DNA of 64,000 nt from Mobula birostris. Its lineage: Eukaryota. The notes beneath the pieces were generated by a model that saw only the letters and a list, made by a program, of their open reading frames with translations, searched no databases and had not been told where the DNA came from. The stretch spans positions 37,248,935 through 37,312,934 of the forward strand of contig NC_092376.1 in assembly GCF_030028105.1 (NCBI RefSeq). The letters run 5' to 3'. Shown here piece by piece: positions 51,718 through 63,042 of this stretch. The translations under genes were made by a program, and so were the position numbers. Numbering within the stretch: the stretch's first letter is position 1; each line of letters opens with the position of its first letter.

Positions 51718-52249
51718 AAGTAATATACTTGCAGAAGCTCTTACTTTTTTAAAACTTATTCAGGGGATGTGGGTTTTACTGCCTGAGCCAGCATTTAATT
51801 GCCCTTCCCTAATTGCCCTGATGAGCTACCTTCTTGAAGTGCTGAAGTCCTTTAGGTGTGGGTACATACACAATGCTGTTAGGGAGGGAGTTCCTGGATT
51901 TTAACTCAGTGATGGCGAAAGAACAGCAATATATTTCAAAGCCAGTTGCTCTCCAAGGTGTGTGCCTTGGAGAGCAACTCCCAGATGATGTTATTCCTAT
52001 GATTTTGCTGCACTTGCCCTTTCAAGTGGTAAATGTTGTGGGTTTGGAAGATGCTTTCTAAGGATTCTTGATGACTGTTTTTAATATTTATTACTGGTTT
52101 CCTCTCTTAATCTGTTTTCTTCCTCTTACATAGTCATAATTGGCTGGTTTCTAAGACGCATTGCACATGTTAGTGTACCACTCATCTTTGCATTATTCTA
52201 TGACTTTCACACTGTGCTGCTGGTACCTTCCTTAACCACCTCAATTAGT

Positions 52250-53100
52250 CACAAATCTTAGAGTGCCTTTATTTCACAATAAAATGCGTCTTTGTTGCGA
52301 ATTATGAAATGCCACTTTGAATGCCTGTCACTGCTTGTCTGCCCTTTTACCTTGTAATTCATTTCCCAGTTGTTTAATTAATTTATTTAAATTTAAGGCT
52401 GGTTTCAGACTGAGGTTTCTCACTCTCAAAATGATTATATTATGAATATTTTTCTCAGAGGATTCGTTAATGTGGAATTATTAATTGACTTTGTGTCTCT
52501 TTACAGATGACCAGATAAACTATTCCCTGGTTGGTATCACAATGTAACTTTAAACACACATTCTGTGAATTCATCTTACTTTTCCCAATTTGATTTTCCC
52601 AATGGATATAAAGATTAAAGTTACCCATGGTTATTACAGTATCGCCCCTACAATCCTTCACTATTTTTAGAATTGTAATCTGTCCCGCAGTAGAGCTATT
52701 GTTAGGGAGCTATAAACTAACCATTGATTTTCTTCCCTTACTATTTCTTATCTGTACCCAGCCTGACTTTAAGTTTTGAGTATTTCAGCTAAGATCACGT
52801 CTCATTACCGTACTAACCTAATTTTTTTTAAGAGTCATCCCACCCACCACCTTTTCGTTCCTGCCTATCCTTCCGACATATCACACATCTTGGAATATTC
52901 AATTCCTAGCCTTGGTCACCTTACAAACATGGCATATAATGGTTGTTACATTATCATCATTTATTAGCCAGTGTTATCAGTTATCCATCTTGCTATAAAC
53001 GTTGTGTGTGTTCTGATAAATAGTAGTTAATTCTGCCACTTTAGCATTTTTCCCACCCTGTCCATGAATCTTTGTATTTGTATCTCTCTTCCTTCCTGTT
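52250..53100 (-). mobile_element. Old CR1 endonuclease-region fragment
   Basis: VITMGNFNLYIHWENQIG in ORF 52467-52661. Confidence 0.65.
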
Positions 53101-53111
53101 CAACACTGATT

Positions 53112-53440
53112 ATTCAAGATTCAAGACTGTTTATTGTCCTTTGTCAGTACACAAGTGTAAAGGAGAATGCAATGATTGTTACTATGGGTCCGATGCAGCA
53201 TATTAAAAGAAAACACAGTAAGCATGAAGAACACAATGAATATAAATACAGATATTAGCTTGTACTTAGTACGTAGATTTACTGTATGTACACAAAGTGA
53301 CACAATGCACATGTGTGTACTTGACTCTGACAAGAAATGAAAAATCTGTGGTGGTGGGATGGGTTAATGGGTGAAAGTGTTGATCAGCCTAACAACTTGA
53401 GGGAAGTAACTGTTTTAAAGTCTGGTGGGCCTGGTGTAGA
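53112..53440 (-). mobile_element. Rex-Babar 3' UTR fragment
   Basis: attcaagattcaag tail; similar to 48652-48990. Confidence 0.65.
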
Positions 53441-53772
53441 TCATTATCCTTATCTCCACCCTCCACTGTTGCCTTGCCCTTTCTTTTAACTTCCTAAATT
53501 TTCCTTCATCTGAATCATCGTAGCTGTTGTTTCAATGATTTTTCCACAGCTGCTAGATATTTCTAGCATTCTCTGTTTTTGTTCTATTCCTAGTATTGGG
53601 TGATGCTTACACTCACCTCTGCACATTCAGTTCCACTGAAATTGATGCATTGTGTACCATCAACATGTACAATCATGTACGTACTTAGCTCTACCACTAT
53701 CAGATAAATATCTTCATCTTAGCTGTTAGCTTCTACCTCTATAATACCATATTTTGGTTTGCTAAGTAACAG

Positions 53773-54171
53773 TAATAAATAATGCCTTATCAGAACTAAA
53801 TAGGATTGTGAGAAATGACAGCAGTCAAAGGGCTGCAGAGTTTCTACAAAGGGTGTATCTTGTCATAAACAAAAGGTTTCCAAGAGAGGAGTGGCTAAAG
53901 ATAAGAAAACATTCCGCATAGGTATGTAGCTGATTAACATGAACTTGCATCTGTTGTGGACAATGTCAAACTGATAATGAAGCTGTCAGTGGGTTCGGGT
54001 CAGCCTTGAATATGGTTGTGTTGGAGAATGCTGCAAAAGGCTGGGCATCGTACTTGGGAATGTGTTCATTATTAACCTTTAATTAAGGGCTGTTGTTTAC
54101 TGAGTAATCATAGGAGTTTGTTTTTAGAACTTGGCTCTACCAGGCAGTCAATCATTTACGGATATATTCAG
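53773..54171 (+). pseudogene. GREB1-like pseudo-exon H
   Basis: 399 nt, acceptor aacag|, donor cag|gtatgt; one frame with 6 stops. LKIRKHSA*..CCGQCQ..EFVF cf. MRLSKYAAY..HCEQCH..HFVF. Confidence 0.62.
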
Positions 54172-54271
54172 GTATGTTTTAGGTTGTATAAAATACAGGG
54201 TCCATTAGTTCAACAGTGGACCAGTGTTTCTACAGATTAAGGGGTGGATATCCCATTGCTGAATTATTATG

Positions 54272-54968
54272 AACACAGATTCTGCAATCTGGAAATCTTG
54301 AGCAACTCAGACAAATTGCTGGAGGAACTCAGCCAGTCAGGTAGCATCTGTGGGGGGGAATGAGGCTAGGTTGGAAAGCAACATCTCACACTCTGTCTGG
54401 GCAGTCTTCAACCTGTTGCTATGAATATTGATTTCTCTAACCTGCTAGTTTCTCCACTCTGACATGTCGGTCCCTGGCCTTCATGGTGATAATGAGGCCC
54501 CACTCTGGTTGAAGGCGCAACACCTCATATATCATCTGGGTAACCGCCAGCCTGATGGCATGAATATTGATTTCTCTAACTTCTAGCCATTGCTCTCTAC
54601 ACCCCCCCTCTCTTTTTCCATCTCACATTTTGTTTCCCCCCTCACCTGCCCATCACTCCCCTCTGTTGCCCCTCTTCCTTCTCTTTTCTTCCATAGTCCA
54701 CTTCCCTCTCCTATCAAATTCCTTCTTCTTCAGCCCTTCTCCTCTTCCACTTGTCACCTCCCAGCTTCTTACTTCGTTTCACCCCCGCCATCCATCCACC
54801 TTCCCCCTCACCAGGTGTCACCTATCGCCTGTGAGCACGTACTCCTTCTCATCCCCTACCTTCTTGTTCTGGCTTCTCTCTTCCTTTCCAGGGTCTCGGT
54901 CTGAAACATTGACAGTTTATTCACCTGCCTTACTCCTTGAGTTTCACAAGCACTTTGTGTATGTTGCT
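54272..54968 (+). mobile_element. Rearranged PLE (inverted 3' end, two GIY-YIG C-terminal copies, UTR)
   Basis: Minus-oriented end 54272-54350; atgaatattgatttctctaac twice (54421, 54559); pyrimidine UTR; gggtctcggtctgaaacattgac. Confidence 0.75.
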
Positions 54969-55381
54969 AGTTTTGGGGAAGGGGAACCAGATGTGATCTG
55001 AAGCGGATATTACGAATTCCAATCTCTAACCCTATGTCCTGTACATACACTAACTTTATGTGAATTTCAGTCCTTTTGTTAACTGGCTTGGAAAACCCCC
55101 AGCAAGAAAAGGCAAATTGTATAACTTATTCTTTGCAGTGAGGGAAACTGGGTCAAATTTCTGATCAGTGTTGACTTCCAAAATATTAATGGCTGGGTTT
55201 TGGCAGGAGCAAGCTCTTGAATGTCAAGAGGGGGTGTTTCGGCTCTCTCCTGGAGGTGGCTGTCCCTTACCATAACTTCTTTTAATGCTGCTATTGAATG
55301 TAAAGCTTCCTCTTTATTACTACACGCATCAAAGTTGCTGGTGAACGCAGCAGGCCAGGCAGCATCTCTAGGAAGAGGTAC

Positions 55382-55417
55382 GGTCGATGTTTCAGGCCGA
55401 GACCCTTCGTCAGGACT
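55382..55417 (-). ncRNA. Minimal type I hammerhead ribozyme motif (decayed stem III)
   Basis: agtc CTGACGA agggtctcggcct GAAAC ATC gacc on the minus strand. Confidence 0.7.
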
Positions 55418-55708
55418 AACTGAAGGAAGAGCTAGTAAGAGATTTGAAAGTGGGAGGGGGAGGGGGAGATCCAAAATGATAGGAGAAGACAGGAGGGGAG
55501 GGATGGAGCCAAGAGCTGGACAGGTGATTGGCAAAGGGGATATGAGAGGATCATGGGACAGGAGGCCCAGGGAGAAAGACAAGGGGGGGGAACCCAGAGG
55601 ATGGGCAAGGGGTATAGTCAGAGGGACAGAAAGAGAAAAAGGAGAGTGAGAGAAAGAATGTGTGTATAAAAATAAATAACGGATGGGGTACGAGGGGGAA
55701 GTGGGGCA

Positions 55709-56035
55709 TTAGTGGAAGTGGGAGAAGTCAATGTTCATGCCATCAGGTTGGAGGCTACCCAGACGGAATATAAGGTGTTGTTCCTCCAACCTGAGTGTGG
55801 CTTCATCTTTACAGTAGAGGAGACCATGGATAGACATGTCAGAATGGGAATGGGATGTGGAATTAAAATGTGTGGCGACTGGGAGATCCTGCTTTCTCTG
55901 GCGGACAGAGCGTAGATGTTCAGCAAAGCGGTCTCCCAGTCTGTGTCGGGTCTCGCCAATATATAGAAGGCCACATCGGGAGCACTGGACACAGTATATC
56001 ACCCCAGCCGACTCACAGGTGAAGTGTCGCCTCAC
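55709..56035 (-). CDS. PLE GIY-YIG endonuclease domain (fragment of element ORF)
   Basis: GVIYCVQCSRCGLLYIGETRHRLGDRFAEH..VATHF..E..L..LQPDGMN. Confidence 0.9.
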   Translation of the reverse strand: MRRHFTCESAGVIYCVQCSRCGLLYIGETRHRLGDRFAEHLRSVRQRKQDLPVATHFNSTSHSHSDMSIHGLLYCKDEATLRLEEQHLIFRLGSLQPDGMNIDFSHFH

Positions 56036-57627
56036 CTGGAAGGACTGTTTGGGGCCCTGAATGGTGGTAAGGGAGGAAGTGTAAGGGCATGTGTAGCACT
56101 TGTTCGGCTTACAAGGATAAGTGCCAGGAGGGAGATCAGTGGGGAGGGATGGGGGGGGGAGGAACGAATGGACAAGGGAGTCGCGTAGGGAGTCATCCCT
56201 GCGGAAAACAGAGAAGGGGGGAGGGAAAGATGTGCTTAGTGGTGGGATCCCGTTGGAGGTGGCGGAAGTTACGGAGAATTATATGTTGGACTCCTCTCTT
56301 CCTCTTTTATTTAGTCATACTTGGCTAGTTTCTAAAACACACTGCACATTTTGGTATACCACTCATCTTTCCATCATCTTTATGACGTTCACACCATGCC
56401 GCAGGTACCTTCCTTAACCACCTCAGTTGGAATTTAAATCTGCAGTAATAATATACAGTATGTTCCATCTACAACATTATTGTATTGTAGTATAATACAC
56501 CATATTGAGCACAAAACTAATAAGCCAGCCTTCCCTCACATATGGAAAGCATAACATGAAATTCTTCAAAGCAAGCTACTGTGAACTTGTTAAAGAATAA
56601 TGTTTCTGTTTGCCTAACATGCAATCCACATTCTTTTTGCATTAAACTTATTTTGCTCAGAGGTCTTAACTGTAGTTCGCCCTTGGGAAAGCACGGGAAC
56701 TGTGACTGTTTAATTTGTTAAAAGTATGTTACTTAAAAAGTAGGATGAATGGTAAGCTTGCTGGTGCTTGTCAGTTTGAGGCCCATCCTAGTCATTGGAG
56801 TGTGACTTGCATGTCTCATGCCGGTGAAATTATTTGGAACTCAATGGGAGGAAAGGCCCACAACCCTGCTACCACCCTCCCCCCTTCGTCACTGCTGCAT
56901 GGCATTGACATATCTATTCCTCAGGTTCCACTAATGAGACAGGCTATCTGGTGAATCATCAACAATGCGACAGAGTACAGTAAACTGCCTGCCTCAACCA
57001 ATGTGACCTCCTGTCAATCATTTAATAATGGTCCTTCAGCAAATCTGCTGCTTTATAGCTCTGGGCAAAGTCTTGCACTTGGGAAGACCAGAAAGCAGAT
57101 TGAGCAATAGCACAGATGGTGTATGGTACAAACTCCATCCTTAATGAGATGTGAGTTCTGTGTGTACTTTATAAATCTAAACTAAAACCTTTGTTTTCTC
57201 GCCCGATCTTCTGGTGCAGTTTTAGTTTTCTTGAGAAGAGAATATCGAGGAAGGTGGGAATTGGAGAAGCTGAAGAACTGCTCAAGAATTGACCTGTTGC
57301 TGATTAACATTTCAGTTATGCAGTTAACAGCAGCTGCACTGGTTACAATGGCAGGAATGAGAAAGTGAAGCTGCTTTGACAGCAGTGCAGATGGTTATTT
57401 TGTACATATATTACAGGGCTTGATAGATTTTATTAAAGCTATAGTAGAGTATTTGGTTTATGAGTACATCCAAGAAAAATGTATTATAATAATTATTCTC
57501 GACTAGACAGCAGACACAAGTATGTTACCATCATATAAATTGTCCTTTGTTTTCAGTTTGGAACTGGTTCCAAAGATGCTACAGAAGCCAAATTTGAACT
57601 TATGCAATAATAATTATAATAATAATA

Positions 57628-58060
57628 ACAAATACTCCATTGATCCTGAGTGGGAAATTCTTTTCGTTACAGCAGCAACATTTAAAAACACACTTAGCAG
57701 TGCGCAGACTTAACTAATAATAAAGTACAGAATAATAATATACACAATAATAACTTACCAATGTGCAATCATTTGCAATAATAAGGTACAAAATAACTTT
57801 GCATGCAGCCTGCTGTGTACAGATATTATTGTACTTTGATGTATGTTTTGTCACACAGAGATGAACTGTTGTATATGCTTACTGCATTTGGCAGGAAAGA
57901 TTTCCTATAACGATCCTTGTGACTGTGCAGCTGAACGAGTCTGTTTGAAAGGGTGCTCCACTGTTTATTCAGTACATCATGGAGAGGATATGCCAAATTG
58001 TCCATACTGGATAACAGTTTGTTCAATGACCTCCTGTCTCCAACTAACTCAAAGGAGTCC
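57628..58060 (-). mobile_element. Rex-Babar 3' fragment
   Basis: ORF 57826-58026 similar to 46814-47083; abuts an (aat)n run. Confidence 0.75.
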
Positions 58061-58139
58061 GGCTTGTAGTCAGGTTGAATTAATCTGTAGCATTATTTGA
58101 GATTTCTAAAGTTTTAAGAATGACACATGTGTCCTGAAG

Positions 58140-58460
58140 GCAACACAGGGGCTGAGCTATCAGAGGTTCTGCCTCACACCTCCAGCGATCCAGGTTTAAT
58201 CCTTACCTCTGGAGTCTGCACTTCCTTGTGACATCATGCGTTTTCGCTGTGCACTTCAGTTGACTTCCTATATCCAATTTATCTGGGTTGGTAAATAAAT
58301 TAGCCACTGTAAATTGCCTCTTGTGTGTAGGTGAGTGGTAGAACCGAGAGAAAATTTGATGGAAATACAGAAAGAATCAGTCCTATGGAAAATTAGAGGA
58401 GGATTGAGATTGTTCTATCAACTGCATGGGCTTGCTGGGCTCAATGGCTTCTCCATATTG
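58140..58460 (+). mobile_element. V-SINE (HE1-like), decayed
   Basis: ctgcctcacacctccagcgatccaggtttaatcc tRNA-like head; ccactgtaaattgcc..gtgtgtaggtgagtggtagaa body. Confidence 0.7.
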
Positions 58461-58719
58461 TAAGAAAAGGAAAGTTTCTCTGGTAAATATTCCCATGCCA
58501 GATACTTAATTTTAAAAAAAATTACTAAATTGGATAATGGTGGAAAAGGTGAGCTGATCCTTGATTATCCGATCCACTGCAGGCTGCACACAAAGTTCAT
58601 GCTTCCAACCCCAGCAGCATTAACTGTGCTGTTGAGTTCCTTTACATACTTTAATTGGGCTTGTTCTGTCAGCAATTCCGGCTAAATGCAGTCATTAAAA
58701 CCAAACCATTCCTTAATAG

Positions 58720-59310
58720 GCAAGGTGTATTCGGGTTGCAACAGGTGATGGATGTTATTCCACGGGCTTTTACAGCTTGTGGCAAGTGATGGAAGAATGC
58801 AGCAATCATACTTTCTGTTGTAACACATTATCTTGATTGCTGAAGGGGAGAGGAGAGAGTCCTGTTATATTCACATGCCAAGAACCTGTCCAAGCACATC
58901 TAAAACAATGGTGAGATAAGACACATTAGTGAATAGAGTCAGTTCCAAGTCTGAATGCAGTGCCGTCAAAAATCAATGGCCCATGTGATAGCTAAAGTCA
59001 ATGATATATTTTCAGAAGCCAGCCTTAACAACCTGCACCATTAACTTTACATATCGCTCAGTGCATTAAACCAACATCCCTCATCCACTAGAAATCCTTA
59101 TCCATCGATAGTCCAGCCCAACTTTGACAACCAGATCTCCCAAGTTGTTCAGACTGCCAGCTCTGCAACTATATCGTATCATTCATATGACACACGATTA
59201 ATATGCTTCAGTTGTTGGAAAAAATGCGGAATCAACACCAGTAACTACACCATAGGGCAGTGGTGTGGGTGCAGGGACTGCTAGGCATAATTGGAATAGC
59301 CATCACCAGG
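58720..59310 (+). pseudogene. GREB1-like pseudo-exon I (start of TAGT glycosyltransferase domain; 3' end approximate)
   Basis: Acceptor ttccttaatag|. GCYSTGFYSLWQVMEECS (58750-58803) cf. GRHEHGLFNLYHAMDGAS; SECSAVKNQWP cf. YEMAIYKKYWP; HVIAKVNDIFSEA cf. HIMLVLPSIFNSA; NPYPSIV cf. DIWPFIV. Frameshifted. Confidence 0.62.
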
Positions 59311-60449
59311 TCTAAGGAAAGCTAAAGCAAATGAAGAGGTGGTGTGAATATACTTAATCCTCCTCCTTACATTCACTTATCCTTTTTTTTTCCTCATTTG
59401 CCAGTTGGTTGAGCATGTACTATTCACGTCATCTCACCTGAATCCTATACCTGTGCCTTTCGCCTTCTGGATAGCCAAGAAGCCCAGTTTGATGAGGCAG
59501 AGCTTAAATAGCAGGAGAGGAAAGATGAAGTCTTCTACCACTTAATCCAACAAACATAGCACCCAGTATGGAGACTGACAGCACGTGATGTGGACATTAG
59601 CATGAGGCACTGGCACATGATACTGTGTGGTATCAAGATTCAGCTAGTAGAGCCACCGTCTCACAATTCGGCAAAACCTGTGACAGGTTAGAATACTGAC
59701 AAAATCATTCTGTATGTCCAATGCGACATATGGCATTTACATGTGATTGAACGGTTACACCCAGGCAGTGGGATCCCAAAATCAATCAAGATATTTATTT
59801 CCATATGCACAGTATTTACCATCCTGTTGATGTTACAATTAGTTTTATTATGATTTTTCTGATTTTGTTCTGATACAATTTTAGATAATTAGTGTGTTTG
59901 CCTATAATAAGTTTAGTAACAGTATCCAGGCTGAGGTTTGCATCCTGTTTTCAGAACAGTATTTTAGTTACAATCTGCTTTGCAATCTCAACAAAATAGA
60001 GCCAGTGTCCAAACTCCAGTATCCTCATGATTGAGACTGCGCAGGATTTTAATTTTCCTGTTTTTTGTATAAGATAAAGTTCTGAAATAAGGTAAACAGC
60101 TAGCACTTTAGTTAGTACACAATCTGACAATGTATTATGCTTCCCTTTAGCTGTACTATACACGGATATGTCTGCTAGTCTCTATTACACAATTGCATTG
60201 GCAAAACACCTGACATCAGAGTGGCTAGGGCTGAGTGTTTCGGGCCAAATTGGATGGAGTCAAGCGTCCAGAGCATGGGAGTTAGAGTCCTGCATGACTG
60301 GACACACAACAGTGAATTAAATAATGGGAAAACCATCACTTAATTGAATTATCTTGGTATTCGCACAATGTGTTTGAATTTTATTCAAATTAATATCAAA
60401 ATAGAATATTTCAAAACGTTTTCAGTTTTCATGCTATTATTTTCCTCAG

Positions 60450-61180
60450 ACAGCCAAAGTGAAAGGGAATTTCTAACAGAAATATTTGGAGTCACTGAGC
60501 TAGCTTCAGACAATTTTTGGCTGTTTAGACCAATAACTAACTGCTTGTGGTGTCTGTTCAATATCACAAACTGTTAATGGACTTAAGGCAAAGCACTGCT
60601 GTAGAAAAGGATGCAGGATTCCTTGTTCTCTCAGATTTTAAAGTCTTCAGAGTGGCATCCTAAGGACTATGCTTCACTAAGGACGCTGTGAGAGAATTGA
60701 ATCACCTCTCATATAAGAGAAAATCTGCAGATGCTGAAAATCCAAGCAACACACAAAAAATGCTGGAGGAACTCACCGTTCATAGTGTGACCCGTAGTGA
60801 CCACCAGCTACATTCAACATCACCTGTGGTTCTAAAATCCTTGCTGCTAGTTCATTTCAGGGTGATCTAGGAGAAATGGTAACATTTTAATCTATGCCAC
60901 TGATTTCCAATAAGCAGACAATCGTCAGAATAAAAGCCCTAATCAATGATCTCTTGAATAATTGGAAGTAGCAAGAGAGGATTTTGAAATCCATGTACAA
61001 CACAGATTATCCACAAGAATAGAGCATTACTGAATGTTGATCTGTCATTCCATTGACACCATCAGAAAACACAAGCACTAGGACTTCAGTGGAAAAGAAA
61101 CCAAGTAACCTGTCCACTTGTGTTTTTCTGGCATTCAAGAAGAATTTCACCATCTCTCTTTTGCTTATCAGTTTATTGCT
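60450..61180 (+). pseudogene. GREB1-like pseudo-exon(s) J (end of TAGT domain and C-terminal domain; 3' end approximate)
   Basis: Acceptor attattttcctcag|. LTEIFGVTELASD cf. LKHIMQHIEAAPD; QDSLFSQILKSS cf. DDVDFNLRVHSA; H*FPIS cf. HLFFPLS. Many stops; interrupted by a PLE fragment. Confidence 0.5.
60714..60772 (-). mobile_element. 59-bp PLE 3' tip inserted in pseudo-exon J
   Basis: agagaaaatctgcagatgctg..gctggaggaac flanked by tcacctctcata (60702-60713) / tcaccgttcata (60773-60784). Confidence 0.8.
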
Positions 61181-61786
61181 TGTAAATGCATAAATAACTG
61201 CAGTGTTTTTTTTAAGAGTTTAAACAAGGACCATCATTTTCTATAGATATCTTACGAAAAGATATTTAATCTAATATGGCTAATTCATCTAATATGGTTA
61301 AATACCTCACGTCATTCTTGCCTTGTTAAATTTGCCTGATCTAGTCTCAATTGTGATCCTAGAAATTGCCAGAGGCTGTGAAACTATAAGGATGACATTT
61401 TTACTTTAATTCCTGTTCCCTATTAAAACATCCAGCTTTATTCAGGAGGGAGTCCAACAGGATTGTGTGAGTATGTGATCAGCAAAATGCAATCTGAGGC
61501 AACATACTCAGAATGCAGGCTGAAAATGAATATCTAAACCACAAGTAAATTACAATCTGAACTGAGATTCAGTTGTACAAGACTTAAACAATAGAAATTA
61601 TCAATTTCTTTCAAACTCTGGACAAACTAAAATAACAAAAGCTTATTTGAAACCTTTCATCATTCTCATGCATTGAGCAGAAAGTTGGTTCCTTGGCACT
61701 CGGCGAATACTGTTAAAAAGTTAAGAATGAAGGTTTTAACAAAATTGAACTGCAGCTGTTTTTCATAATGTTGTTCAAAGCTCTAG

Positions 61787-61952
61787 GGAAGAAATCTCTC
61801 TGGAACACCTGCTGCAGCGTGATCTGTTCTGCAGGAAAGATGACAGCAACTTTGCAAAGAAATATATTCCTGGTCGTTTCTTCACCCGAGCTATTAGTCA
61901 AATATTGCAAAAAAATCTAATAAAATCAGGTCTCGCTATCATTACCGTATAG
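61787..61952 (+). pseudogene. Possible terminal pseudo-exon
   Basis: CSVICS and GLAIITV* (different frames) loosely resemble LCVICQ..PLFFLT; weak. Confidence 0.25.
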
Positions 61953-62032
61953 CAATCAGTTCACACAAGAAACATACATAAGATAACAGGGAATTAGTTC
62001 TTCCTCTGTAATTCAAAGGCTTAAAGAATATA

Positions 62033-62560
62033 TGCTTAGTGGCCACTTTATTAGCTACCTCCTGTACCTAATAAGTGGCCACTAAGCATATATTTGTGGT
62101 CTTCGTCTCTCCATCTACTTCGTTTCAAAGTGTTACATATTCAGAAATGTCCTTCTGCACACCAGAATGCATGGTTATTTGCGTTACTACCAGCTGAACC
62201 AGTCTGGCCGTTCTCCTCTGATCTCTCTCATTAACGAGCCGTATACAGCCGCTGAACTGATGCTTACAGGATGTTTTTTGTTTCTCAGTCCATTCACTAC
62301 TCTAGAGACTTTTGTGCATGAAAATCCCAGATGAGCTGTTTCTGAGGTACTCAAACCACCCCATCTGGCGCCACAATCATCCCACGGTCTTAATCACTTG
62401 AATCACATTTCGTCCCCATTCTGATGTTTGGGATGAACAACTGAACCTCTTGTCCATGTCTGTATTCTTTTATGCATTGAGTTGCTGTCACGTGATTGGG
62501 TGATTAGATATTTGCATTAACGAGCAGATGTACAGGTGAACCTAAAGAGGCCACTGAATG
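62033..62560. mobile_element. TA-target (Tc1/mariner) MITE
   Basis: TA flanks, TIR gtggccactttattag, homologous along its length to 63043-63612. Confidence 0.88.
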
Positions 62561-63042
62561 TATGTGCTTGAGTGTGATGTGATGTACATAAAGCATGGCA
62601 TTTATAAGATTTTTTTTAATACTGAGGATGTGCAGATGGCAGATGATTTGACATAGAAGTTGCAACATAATAAACACTATCTTACTGTAAAAATATGTTC
62701 AGCTAAATGTCAATGAGTCCTAAGACTGGAGAAAAGTAGAATTTTTCAGACACTGGAATCTTGCATGTTTGCTCAAGCTTAACTGCATTTTTTGTCTGCT
62801 CTTTCAAAAGAGCAACGGTGGCATATTTAAATTGCCTTGTCTGTAAAATCATGCTGTCAAATCACTGCAGCTGTCCTCCTGATATTATATCACACATACA
62901 GATTGCATGCTAAGAACTCTAATGCATAACAAGCTGTTGTTAGGTCATCTGTTGGAAATGAGGAATTAAGTCTGCTTTGTCAAATATATTTCAATCATTT
63001 ATACTCAATAGATCATTTTTGCAACAGTGTAAAATTAGAATA

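Larger units (their letters stand above)
55322..56292 (-). mobile_element. Young 5'-truncated Penelope-like element
   Basis: Intact GIY-YIG frame, 3' UTR with hammerhead motif; imperfect TSD cttcctcttt(t)att at 55306 and 56298. Confidence 0.93.
190..61952 (+). pseudogene. Disabled multi-exon GREB1-family gene (3' portion; 5' exons would lie upstream of the window)
   Basis: About 12 exon-like blocks in non-repeat DNA, most with AG/GT boundaries. Translations match recalled GREB1/GREB1L motifs collinearly (VINxxEVxE; KYFG; PRL..YLLxxQY; CLLLL; DL*LL..TRSAI; WIDVRKYK; CGQC..FVF; GCYSTGFYSLWQVME; KNQWP). Many in-frame stops and frameshifts. Alignment by eye from memory. Confidence 0.75.

Noticed and set aside
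53919-53934. 16-mer taggtatgt(a/c)gctgat shared with 31063
   Set aside because: Short, one mismatch, no extension; plausibly chance.
4690-54171. Gene kept functional by stop-codon recoding or restorative A-to-I editing (several exons chain in phase with stops only)
   Set aside because: The best motif matches need frameshifts in exons A, B and I. Stops align to R, Q, Y and S rather than W, and a TE appears to sit in exon J. Ordinary decay is simpler.
57200-57370. GIGEAEELLK peptide resembling part of the TAGT domain
   Set aside because: Out of order; the collinear match is at 58720-59150.
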